Source of the DNA: Blastocystis sp. Blastoise
Lineage: Eukaryota > Protista > Bigyra: Opalinata
NCBI GenBank assembly: GCA_039096225.1
Contig: JBBPEB010000027.1
Span: 372,001-436,000 of the forward strand
Length of the DNA stretch: 64,000 nt
Direction: 5' to 3'
Position 1 is the stretch's first letter; each line of letters begins with the position of its first letter. The notes under the pieces were generated by a model. The model saw nothing but the letters and a program-made list of their open reading frames with translations. It had not been told where the DNA came from and made no database searches. The translations under genes were made by a program, and so were the position numbers. This document shows, in pieces, positions 31,001 through 42,876 of the stretch.

Positions 31001-33999
31001 TGATTTATAATTTGTTGAGATGTCATATCAGTTACTAGTTTAACTATGTAAACAGCTTCTTGTTCATATTCAAACTGGATATTAACAAAATTATTAGGAA
31101 ATTGACATGACTGAATGTTAATAGTTAATGTGTATTCATATGGAGTATTGAATATAGATGTAGCATGTATAGTATAATCAGTATTACCAGTCTCACCATG
31201 AATAATACCATATATAGAACCAGTAGTAGTATCAAATGTTAATCCATCAGGAAGAGAAGGAGTTATAGTAAAATCATGATAATATTCCGAATTAGTAAAT
31301 AATATAGATATAGTTGTATTATCATAAGCTATATAAGGATTAGAAGCAGTTAATAATTGTGGTGATGTATTAGAAGTAACATGATCCACGAATAATTCAA
31401 TTTCAGATATATAATATTTATTCTCAGTTTTATTAATCCTATTATTAATTAATGTAAATTCTAATTTATTGATACCTGTAGTTACATTAGATAATAAGAA
31501 ACATCTTCTTTGAGGAGTATAATAATTAAATGCATTCGCTACAACTGAATGTTCATGACGATTACCATTTATATCTATAGATTCCACTTTCCATGATGTT
31601 GGAGCATAAAGAAAATAATCAATATGATAAGTTATACAATATTTATTTATATATTTATATCCATCTTTAGTTGCTATGGATAATATAGGGCTTGATTTAT
31701 CTGATTTACCAATAATATATATAAATGATACCATATACAAGTCCACAACATTATTAGGATTACTAGTAGATGAATCATTAGTGACTGTTACCTCATAATC
31801 ACCATAAATTGGAAGATTAGTATCAACAGCCATTAGAAGAGAAGCATCAAAAGATATATCAATTATATGTTGCTTATCATATAGTAATACAGAAATAGAA
31901 ATAGTTTGTTGATTGTCAAATAGATAGAGAGGACCTGTTGTTGTTTGTTCTATAATAGTAGAGGCATCTGTTGAATCTAAATAGCCATCTATAAATCCAT
32001 ATACAGCAAGTTCATGATTATTTATATAGATCTTTGTGTTCGGTAATGTTTTATAACTTAATATAAAATACTTTTGACTAGCAATAGAAGGAGTGTTAAT
32101 AGTTTTATGGAATACAAAATACTGATTAGAATCAGTAGGAGCAATAGCAGTACCACCATTAATAGTAGACCAAGTAGAATCATCAACAGAAGATCCATAC
32201 CATGCTGTAGGTATAGAATCATAACAATTATATTTCCATTCAGACTTCATTAACATTAACATAGAATAATTAGTATTAACATAATATGTTTCACGCGATT
32301 TATACATAGTTCTCATTCTAGTAACAAGAACAGATGTGCTACTAAGATCATCTATAACATTTACTGTCATAATTGATCCTTTATACCAAAAAGTTTTAGT
32401 GTCTTCTATTAATTCAAATGACCAAGTACCTACAGGACCATAATAATCATAATTCTTGTTTATATTATTACCTTGAATTAAAGAAACTATTTTATTTCCA
32501 TCTTCTGATTTAATTATAACTTGTTCATAAGAAGCATAATAGGATGTAATTCTATTCACACGTATATGTGCACAAAAAGTGGGATTACATAATATTTGAA
32601 GATTAAATATATATGTATGTGAAGAACTACCATCTTCATCATTAGTATAGGAAAGAGTATATTCAGCAGATTTAACTTCTTTAGGAGTACCAGAAAGAAT
32701 ACCATTAGAAGATAGAGTTAAACCAGTAGGTAAATCAGTAGATAGAACACAATTCGATAATGAAAGGGATAATATAGTAGAGAAATCAATAGATTGATTT
32801 TCTTCAAAGGCGTTCATAGTATATTGAGGGATATCCTGTAGTCTTCGAGAAGCAAGCATAGAGAGGGTATACATAGAATCTATAGTATATATAAATATTA
32901 TTATTATGTATATACCTTTAGAATTCGTAATATAGGTGAGAACATCAAAAGAAGAAAGAAGTTCAGGATGATTAATATTAGTATGTAATTCAATAGCTAT
33001 TTTTAATGTAGTAAGAGAAACAGAGGAAGCAAGTAATTCTTTAGGAACAATAATACTATATATATTATAGAGTAATGTTAATAATATATATACTGTTTAT
33101 AAATAGAAATATCTTCAAGAGATTGAGAAGGAGTATTTTCATTGATTTTTGAAGATCTATACATAAATTAAAATATATATAAAAGAAATATATATATAAG
33201 ATATATAAATTAATAAATTAAACATACTCAGGTAATAAATAAGTATACACTTGAATTTTATTTACATAAACAATAAATCCACTTTGACTTTGAACAGCTA
33301 ACTGAAGAACAGCAAAAGAGTTATCTACAGTGATATCCTTTCTAAAATAAACACTAGTTCCAGCATTCTTGATTTCTTTATTGTTATAGTCTTCACCAAA
33401 TTCTTCTATCTTATTTTCCTTCCAAGAAGTACAATCAACAGAAGTAGAATATCTCCAATTAGCACTTGAATCAACAAGAAAAGATACTAGATAAATAATA
33501 TATATATTAATTAAAAAAAATACAATCAAATATAACTATTTTCTTTCCCTTATCATCAGCATTCACACGAGAGTTTACAAGAACTATTTTATTATACATC
33601 AAGCTAACATAAGAATCCTTAGCCCAAGCAGTAGAATTCCTAAAAAAATATATTTTTAATAATTCACTAATTACTTTGAAGATAATTCAAGAGAATAGTC
33701 TTCATTTGCATCTAAACAGACTTTATAAATCATCACAGAGTCTTGAGCAACAAGGGATTCATCGCGGAAAACAAAAGTATTTCTCAAATTAGCGGATTCA
33801 CCAGCATGTAATTGAATCACTTCACCAGGGTTTCCAGCATAGTTTCGTTGAATAGTAACCTCGTAGCTACCAACAGAACAAGCTTTGACACCTATGAGAA
33901 AAACAAATCTTAGTGAATTGATCTTAAAACGATAATAATAGTCAACATACAGAAAGCGATCAATAACCAAATCAATATGATGTTGTTATACTTCATCAT
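28022..33999 (-). CDS. Giant secreted multidomain protein, family B (He_PIG/Ig-like, galactose-binding-like, discoidin-like, HRM-like; internal RRL site)
   Basis: ATG 33999 MMKYNNIILIWLLIAFC|VKAC (signal peptide). Small 5' exons, a ~3.9-kb exon (ORF 28954-32874) and two 3' exons ending MLSTSN* at 28022. Motifs LPTGLTLSSNGILSGTP, YINGYEVRR and CLVDNIWPQT..CP..Y.GDQSRLCSYKGEW. Confidence 0.85.
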
Positions 34000-34301
34000 T
34001 CTTTATTTAGAGTCTAAATAATAATAGAAAAAATAAATAAAAATGTTCTTACAATAAAGATTTCGTTTCTCTAGATATAAAAACCATCAGGAAAATGGTA
34101 TCAAAAATTTATATATGTCCCTATAAGAGAGACACTGAAGGGAAAACAAGGTGAATCCATTTTATTTATGAAAAATGTCATTCGATTACTATACATTTAA
34201 TTATCATATATACACTAGCAGCCATTTTCTTGGGAATTTTTTTGCACCAGGAAGTCGATTCGGCAAATATGCGAAATTTGGGGAAAGTTTTATTTTGGAA
34301 A

Positions 34302-34392
34302 TGGAAAAATTTTCATTTCCAAAAAGACAGATTTTTTCATTGTAGCACTGGAAATATTTCCGTTTCCAAAAAGACAGATTTTTATTTTTTCT
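34302..34392. repeat. ~47-bp imperfect tandem duplication (TTTCCAAAAAGACAGATTTTT x2) containing the palindrome GGAAATATTTCC
   Basis: Core copies at ~34316-34336 and ~34363-34383; palindrome at 34350-34361. Confidence 0.8.
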
Positions 34393-35372
34393 TTTCTGTA
34401 GCAAACCATTTTGATAAGGATTCCTTACGTTTTCCATTAATAATAGTTTATTGCTTGAATAGTTTGAGTAGAATTGCTTCTCTTATTTCTTCTTTTCCTT
34501 TATCACCATATAATTCAACTATTTCTTTCCAAATAATACTTTATTAATATCTAAAATTTGATCTTCTTCTATATCTATATTGTTATTCTTCAGATATTCT
34601 TCAATCTATTCAAGATATTCAAATGTTTTTTCACATATAAACTATTATTTACAGGATTATAATTAATAAATCCATTATAGTTCTTACATAATTATTCCAT
34701 AACCCATTCTTTACTAAATATTCTTTAATACCATCATTCTTATTGGCATTTATAGTCAATTCTATTTCATCATCTAATTCATATTCTTCTTCTTTCTCTA
34801 CAATCTATTAATTCTAAAGGAGTCACTAATCCACAAAATTTAAATAAATTTAATAAATCTAATTGTTCTTCATAAGAAAATTGATTAAAATCTACTTTCT
34901 TTCCATTCAAATAATCTAATAAATAATAAATAAAAGCATCATTTCCAGGATAATCAAGATATATAGATCCATCATTTGTTCTTTTTTCTTCTTCACGTTG
35001 ATCTTCAATAAAAGAACCTTTCAACGTATCTAAAACAGATTTTGATATTTGAAATATAGGACCATTATTTGTAAATCGTATTAAATCCATATCATCATCA
35101 TCTTTATCATCCATATTCACATTCATATCTTCATTATTATTACTTTCATAAACACAATTCTTTTCAAATTCATTATTTTCACCTTCCTTTTCAATACAAT
35201 CATTTCCAATATGTTTTATAAGTCTATTAATCGGCATTCCAGAATGTATTCCAAGATTCATTACTGATCCAAATACATTAACAACATCTTTCATCAATTC
35301 TTCATATACATTGATATCCTCCTTCAATCTATTGAATTTATCAATATCAAATAACACCTTTTCTTTCACCAT
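34375..35372 (-). pseudogene. Frameshifted, 3'-truncated BTB-like/TLDc-family pseudogene
   Basis: MVKEKVLFD...IRFTNNGP...DGSIYLDYP aligns with 50250-51158. Frameshift near 34780, with further stops and frameshifts (EYLVKNGLWN, YGDKGKEEIREAIL). Similarity ends at SLSKWFATEKKK*, just where the TLDc domain should begin. Confidence 0.8.
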
Positions 35373-36854
35373 TTTCAAGGAAAACAATAAAAATGAAATA
35401 TTAAAAAAACTTAAAATAATCACGAATAAATAATTATTATTGCTTGAAAATTATTTTATTACTTTTTTTTATTTATTCTATGTAATATATATTTAGTCAT
35501 ATTTGAAGATATCTTGAATAGTTGAAAATTAATTAGGTTGTATATATAAACGTCTTTTAGGTTAAAAATGCACGAATTACAAGTTGATGCTTCTTCAAAA
35601 CAGAGTTACTGTGATTCTTTTAATAAAGAAATGGCTGGTAAACTCCTGATATGTATTTCTAAGCTTCTATGTTTAAGATCAAAGCAAGTCTGTATCACAA
35701 TTGTCCTTTTTAAAAAAATAACTAAAATCATAGTTATATATTTCTTAGTAGATATAAAAAAATTATATAAAAGTTAGTGATGCATAATATATATACTTTT
35801 CATAAGTTTCATATATAGTTTACATTAGCTTATGGATAAGAATAAAAATCTTGATTCTTTTCAGTTCGTTAGATTAGTGATATATATAATTACATCGAGA
35901 AAGTTCTATGATAATGAATCCGTTGAATGTTTATAAACATGGAAATTTTAAAACATTCAAAAACATAAGTATTTAAACATATTGTTGATTTTAGTATGAT
36001 TATACTTATATTTATTAGGTGCATATTCCTATTAAATGTAATAGTTAGTGAATATTCTAGATAAAGCAATAGATAGCTTGAACAATATATATATATTTTT
36101 TTAATAAATAATATTATACTATGGTTTCACATATAAATTTTTAATTATAATACTTCTATTGAATTCAACTATTTAGAATCAAAACTATATTGTTAAAAGT
36201 GTTTATTAAAAATATTTTTCTTCATCTTAATAGCTATATCTATTTATTGATGATAAATATAGCATACTGTATATTGACATAATTTTTTTAACTCATATAA
36301 AACATAGACTAGACTTTCTTAAATTACTTAAATAATTCTAATAGTATCATTTTAAACTATATAAAAAGGTTTCTTTTAAAAAGTGAAAAAAAGAATGATT
36401 ATATCATTATAGATGATTAAAAAAATAGAATTAGACATGGAATCTTTCTTGTCAATAATATACGTTCTCTTGATCCTATTAAGAATATTGGTTTACATAA
36501 TAATTATACACCACTTTATAAATTAAAAAAAAAATGATTGAATATCTATTAAAAAGATGGAAATATTTTTTTTTAAATAAATTGTTGTGTTACAGGTTGC
36601 TCTATATAAAAATAAGCAATCGATAATTTGCATTGATTACATATATAGATAAGAAAAATATTTAAAAAAAGACAAAATAGAGAAAGAATTTATCAAATAG
36701 TAATTACATATTGATAATGAAAAAGTTATGAATGGTCATAGCATGTTATATAAAATATATAAGATAGCAAATATATTTTATTTAAAAGAAATTTTAAAAA
36801 ATAGAAATATAGATATACACAAAAATAATAATTAAAATATATTATTCAACAGAA

Positions 36855-38778
36855 TTACTGTCTCCAGAATCCATTCACTATTTTTTTTGAATTTTTACAA
36901 TCAACATAAGAAATACATGTTGTTCCTCCTACTTCTAAAAACATATTTTTTCCTCCATACCCAACTGTATATTTAAGTTCAACTATATATCTATTCCAAT
37001 TACTACCATAAGTACCTATATGTATAGGACTATATAAGGATTCATATAAATTAGCTAAGGAAATAAGTGTTATATAAGGTATTGCTTTTAATCCACCCAT
37101 AGATTGATTATTTCTATTTGGATTATTATAAGAGATAAAAGTGGTACTATTATCGTATGAAGATAATTCTTGAATAGATTTATTTTCGTCTGCATTTATG
37201 AAAACTTCCATTTTTTCTTTATTAAAATATTTACGAAGTATAACAACAGGATCATAATAATATGAATTATCAACTAAAGGCATTTCTTTATATTTTTCAC
37301 CATGTCTTATATGTATATCAGCATCATAAGAGTCTTGACAATGAGGACATTTTTCTTTTCTATAATTCTTAATCCATTTTATTGTTCTTGGATTCATTCT
37401 TGTTAAGAAGGTAATTGCTTGGATTCTCCAATATATTACACATTCTTCTTTTATTAAACCATTTATATTACAAAATTCTTGTACAAATTTAGGAACAGTT
37501 TTCGGTCTACTTAAGAAAGGAGTTGAATGTGTTTTTGCAAATACATATTGATCATTGTCACTACCCGATTCCAGCCTTTCATAACGATTATAAGATCTAT
37601 TAGGAACACGTTTATCTAAATCACTTAAAGATAATATTGATTTACCATCAAATGTAATATTAGTAATTGGAGAAAAATAGCAATTGTAAGTTTTTTCTGT
37701 ACAGAAATCTTTATCTATCCAGTTAAGAGATCCATTATCTATATACATAAGAACTCTATTTTGATTGATAGCTACTGCTAACATACATGTAAATACATGC
37801 ATCAAAGATCCAAAACCAGAATTCCCTCGACCTGCAAATAAATAACGAATATTATAATTATTATTCATATCTCCATTTAAAGAACGAAATTGATGTTTCC
37901 ATATCATATGTTGCATATAATAAGTACCATAAATAGGATGATAATCTTGTTTATTTGATTTAAACCAATAATAACTGTCATCAGGAAATGATGTATATTG
38001 ACTATTTATAGATTCAAAATCTTTATTAAATGATATATGAAAGAATGTAGATCGATATATATATTGAATATATTCACTTTGTAAAGGATAATAATAATCT
38101 AATATAGAAATTATTTGTGAAGAATTATAATTGGAAACAAGTCTCCAAAATATACCCACTATATCACGGCGTTTTTTTAAATTATTCACTAAATTATTAT
38201 ATATTTGTGGATATTCAATAGGAAGAGAAGGAGAAGGAGAAGGAGAAGGAGAAGGAGAAGGAGTAGGTGAAAGAGTAGGAGAAGGAGTAGGAGAAGGAGT
38301 AGGAGAAAGAGTAGGAGAAGGAGTAGGAATACTTGTAGGAGGAATAGTAGGTTGAATAGTAGGTTGAATAGTAGGTAGAATAGTAGGAATACTTGTATCT
38401 GGAAGAGTAGGAATTGTTATATTTTTATCATTTTTTAAATTCTCTTGAAAGGAAGAAGATCTAAAAATAAAGAATTAATTATACTATTTCTTCTAAAATA
38501 TACAATAACGATAACAAAAAAATATCGTTGTATTAAGAAAGCAAAGAAGAATAAATAAAATAAAATATATACACATTAGCTACAACGATGCTATTAATCT
38601 TATGATTAGTCATGGAAGATACACGGATATTTGACAGATGGATCTCGTAATTAGATGAGTTTCTTTTGATAACAATAAATTTAGATTCAGTGTATTTTTC
38701 ATAATGAGAATTACTAAATACTAAAATAAAGGACACTAAGCAAATGAATACGAGCAAACAGATATATTCTAATTTCAT
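36855..38778 (-). CDS. Type II membrane glycosyltransferase, GT23/FUT8 (alpha-1,6-fucosyltransferase/NodZ)-like, with Pro/Ser/Thr stalk
   Basis: Exon 1 MKLEYICLLVFICLVSFILVF (signal anchor), intron ~38572-38462, PT/PS stalk, then GFGSLMH, HIRHGEK (cf. FUT8 HVRRTDK motif I), VFINADE (motif II) and IGTYGSNWNR (motif III). Confidence 0.7.
38218..38415 (-). repeat. Coding 12-bp/6-bp repeats encoding a mucin-like PTIQ/PTPS/SP stalk
   Basis: GGAGTAGGAGAA and GGAGAA repeats on the + strand read PTPSPTPSPTLSP...SPSPSP on the - strand. Confidence 0.9.
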
Positions 38779-39793
38779 ATTATTTTAGTATCTATAGAAA
38801 TGAAAAGAGTTAAAATAATATGAATTAAAATGACATTTTTAGAAGAGAAAAACGATATTGCTATTTTTATATATCGAGACCCTGACTATATATATATATA
38901 TATTTATATATCCATATTTACATTATTATTAATAACTTATATATGTGTGATATAATCAGTTTATTTTGTAGTCGCTAGATTCTTAAAAAAATACAAAGAA
39001 ACAGATTCTGTAGTTTTTCCTGATAAATATTCATGGTTTTCTTTTTGTTTTTGTTTTTGTTATCGTTTAATGGATCGTTTTCATTGAGTAAACTAGTTAT
39101 TTTCATAGATATTTGTAGATTATATGATAAACAAAAGTAAACTATGATAAAAAAGACAAGAAATTGTAATAATGAGAATGTGAATTTTGTTGTTATTCAT
39201 ATTTCTTGTCTCTGATCCATATTTACAACATTATCAGTATAAAATTGAATGAAAAAAACATATGATATGAAAAAGCAAGTCAGTTTGCGTCATCACTATG
39301 TATACTCCACAAAAATAGTCAACAGCACTTTTCTGAACAATCATAATCATATAAGGTTTATAACAAAAAATATTAAAATTATATTCAAGGTTTATTTAAT
39401 AACTAAATACATAAAAAAAATATTTTTTTTTAATTCCATAATTAAAAGTCTTGGTTATAACTATTTTGTATATAAGATAAGCACTTAAAATTGTTGAAAA
39501 TTTTGAAGATTCTTCTGAAAAAATTAGGAAAACCAACCCTCATCAAAAACAACTTTTTATACAGTAATGTATTCTAAGGAAGTTTTATTTTCGTCGTTGA
39601 AACCCTAAATCTCCCTACCTATAAAATTATTTTGTTTGGAAATAAGTATTCCAAGAAAGTTTTTATCATGAGCGATTCTTAAAAACCCTTCATTTTTATA
39701 ACCACTCATCTGTTTTCCTGAAGAAAATAATTTCATTAAATCCATTCACTAAAAAATTATTTTAACGCCTTCAATTATATTTTTCTTTGACAA

Positions 39794-42700
39794 ATGATAA
39801 TGAGGCCGATAATTCTTCTCTTCATTATAGCAATAGCTCTATCTCAAACAAGTATGTATCCTAATCATTTATATAACTTAAAAAATATGAACATTCTATG
39901 ATATTAATTAAATATAGGTTGTGGTAATAGTCCTGATTTCAATTATCGTCTAGTGACGATAGAAGTCACTGGTAACCTTGTGAATAATCCATCAAATAGT
40001 GAATCTGTTTCGTTCGAAGCTTTATATTATGATATTTCTACTAGTTCAGCTACTAGTTACGTTGACATTTGTGGTAAACCTGTTAGTGATGCTGATAATT
40101 TCGTTACTGGTAATTGTCCTTCTTCATTTACATATAAAGTTTCTCAAATCAAGGCTGGTACTGCTAAAACAAGTTTATGTATTGTTTCTGAAACAGTACA
40201 AGATCAGGCTGTCTATACGTATCAACTTTCAATTAGGGAAAGTTCTGTAAGAGGTTTCTGTATAAAAGTTAGTGATGCTTCAACGAATCATTATTATTCT
40301 GGTGTTTGTTATCAAACATCTAGTGTTAATACTCAAGCATTTAGTGTTAGTGAAGTTGAAACTATTAATATATATACTCCTAGAATTAATAGAATTACAG
40401 ATACAATTTATGTTGATGCTTTTACTCCTACTGAAATTAGACCTGAAATTGCTCTTATTTTAAATACTGATAATACTATTGATGCTACTACTCCTGGTAA
40501 TTATCTTACTTCGTTAACTTTTCAAGGTGAAACTATTCTTGGTTTACAATTTATGAATTCGGATTTTATTTTCTCGGGTAAAGTTCAAGTTAATAAATTT
40601 GATACAACTGCTTCATTTACTATTCGAACTGGTCCTGAAGATACTCCTAAGAAAATTGTAAATATACAAAAATTTGATTGTTCTACTATTGGTGAATATC
40701 CTGTTCTTATTACAAGAGTACACAGTGGTAATGCTAATAAAGAAGCTTTTAGTTTAAAGAATTCTAAAGGTATATTAATAGGTGATACTGATAATATTAA
40801 TGATGAATCTTCTACTGGTTGGGGTCATATATTACAAAATAATGGTCGTGATAATAAAGGACTTGTTGCTGAATATGCTGTTTGTTTACCTAAAGATGAT
40901 TATACTTTATATATGTATACTCTTTCTTATGCTAATAATGTTCGTTTAGCTAATTCTTGGACTTCTGATTCTTATGTAACTTTTTCTACTTTATCTGAAC
41001 AACGTGATGGAGATATTAAATATACTGGTTATATTGTAGGTGATTTTGCTTTTACGACTTCTGCTAGAAGTACTAGTAATATTATTACTATTCATCTTGG
41101 TCCTGTAGAATGTGCTAATAATCAAAGAGTTGTTGTTTTTGATAAATTAGCTACTACTAATGGTGGTACTGAAGGTTTTGAAATATTTAAACGTGATGAT
41201 ATAACTGAAGAATATTCTTCAACTGCTATTACTGAATATTATGGTTTAGCTAATTTCCTTGGTGGTCGTTTTGATCCATATTTCAGAGTTTTCTTATGTT
41301 TAGATGAATCTACTTATCTTATTCGTTTAAGAAATAAACAAAGAGGTACAAATAAATGTACTGCTTGGTCTACTGAATATTCTGTAGAACAAATAGATTA
41401 TACTACATTAGATGGTAATAAAGCAGAATCTCAAACACATCCTTCTATATTTAAAGCTAGTATTTTAAGTAGTAATACTTATTATGGTGGTGAATTTCAA
41501 TTAGATACTTCTATAGAAGGTGAATATTATAGTGTTTTAAATAATCCTAAAGATAATGAAGATCATATGAATGATATTAAATCTACTACTGATTGTTATT
41601 TTGATTTTGAATTATTTGTTTCTAGAAGTGTATCTTTTGATATTTATGGTTCTACAAATATACTTACAGAAGGTCAAGTTATTACTAAATATGTTGATGA
41701 TGAAACAAAATTAAGTATTCAATGTACTCAAGAAAATGATGCTTGTGTTGGTATTACTGGATATACTATTACTTGTGCTACTTCTTTTAATTTTGTTAGT
41801 CTTATTGATTGTTCTACTTATGGTATTTCCATACCAAATACTATTATTGATCTTACTAATGTTGGTCTTGTAGGTAATTATAAGAGTGTTGGTCCTACTT
41901 TATTTTATATAAAAGTAACTCCTATAGTAGCTCAAGCAAATAAATATATTATTGTAACAAAAACTGTCGGTATAAATCTATTAGATAGAGTACCATGTGA
42001 TGAAGATCATTGTGAACAAGATGGTAATGCTATTGAAAGTGAATGTTTACCTCCTAATTTATATGTTCATATTGAACGTCAATATAATTTTATTGCTAGA
42101 AATGAAGAGATTTTTATATATAAAGGCTCATTTGATGTCAAAGGAAATGTAACAAAAAGAATTTCTGGTATTGGAAAATCAAATAAAAAAATTGATTTAT
42201 ATTATTGCTTTGCTCCTGGTGTTTATACTATTGATTTTTATGGACTGTATGTTATTTTTTTTTTTTAATTTTATTATTGTTATTTTTTTTTTTTTAATTT
42301 TTTTTTATTATTATTTTTATTATTATTTTTATTATTATTTTTGTAATACTCTATATATATAGTAATACTGATGTTGTAGAAAAGTCATGGATAAGAATAT
42401 ATGTGAATCATGTTAAAGTACTGTATGAAATTGTAACTAATATTGCTCATGTTGTTTGGAAATTAAATCGTAAATATATATAAATAACTTTTTATTATTA
42501 TTTTATTTATATATTATTTTTGTATTATTTTAATAAATAACTTTATATATTATATAGTTAATTATGTGATATCCCATAGTAATGTCTGGAAATATTCAGA
42601 TATTCCTCAAAATAATCTTGATTGGACACTAAATGCTATTAATAATAATAAATGGATGAGTTATTATCCTGGTATATTCCCCCATACTCCTGTAGGTACT

Positions 42701-42844
42701 GCAAGATATTATGTAACTTCTTTTAGAAATCTTGATTGTTCTACGAATTATCCATTTTTTGAATTTGCTATTTATTCAAAAGAAGGTTTTATTGCTTATA
42801 TTAATGGAAAAGAAGTTTATAGATTTAATATGGAAGAGTATATA

Positions 42845-42876
<32 letters not shown>

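Noticed and set aside
34204-34547. ORFs 34204-34437 and 34230-34547 as genes
   Set aside because: They overlap the pseudogene tail and tandem duplication and show no recognisable motifs.
39600-39609. Single AAACCCTAAA telobox-like motif upstream of the 39794 gene
   Set aside because: It occurs once and was not seen upstream of the paralogs, so support is insufficient.
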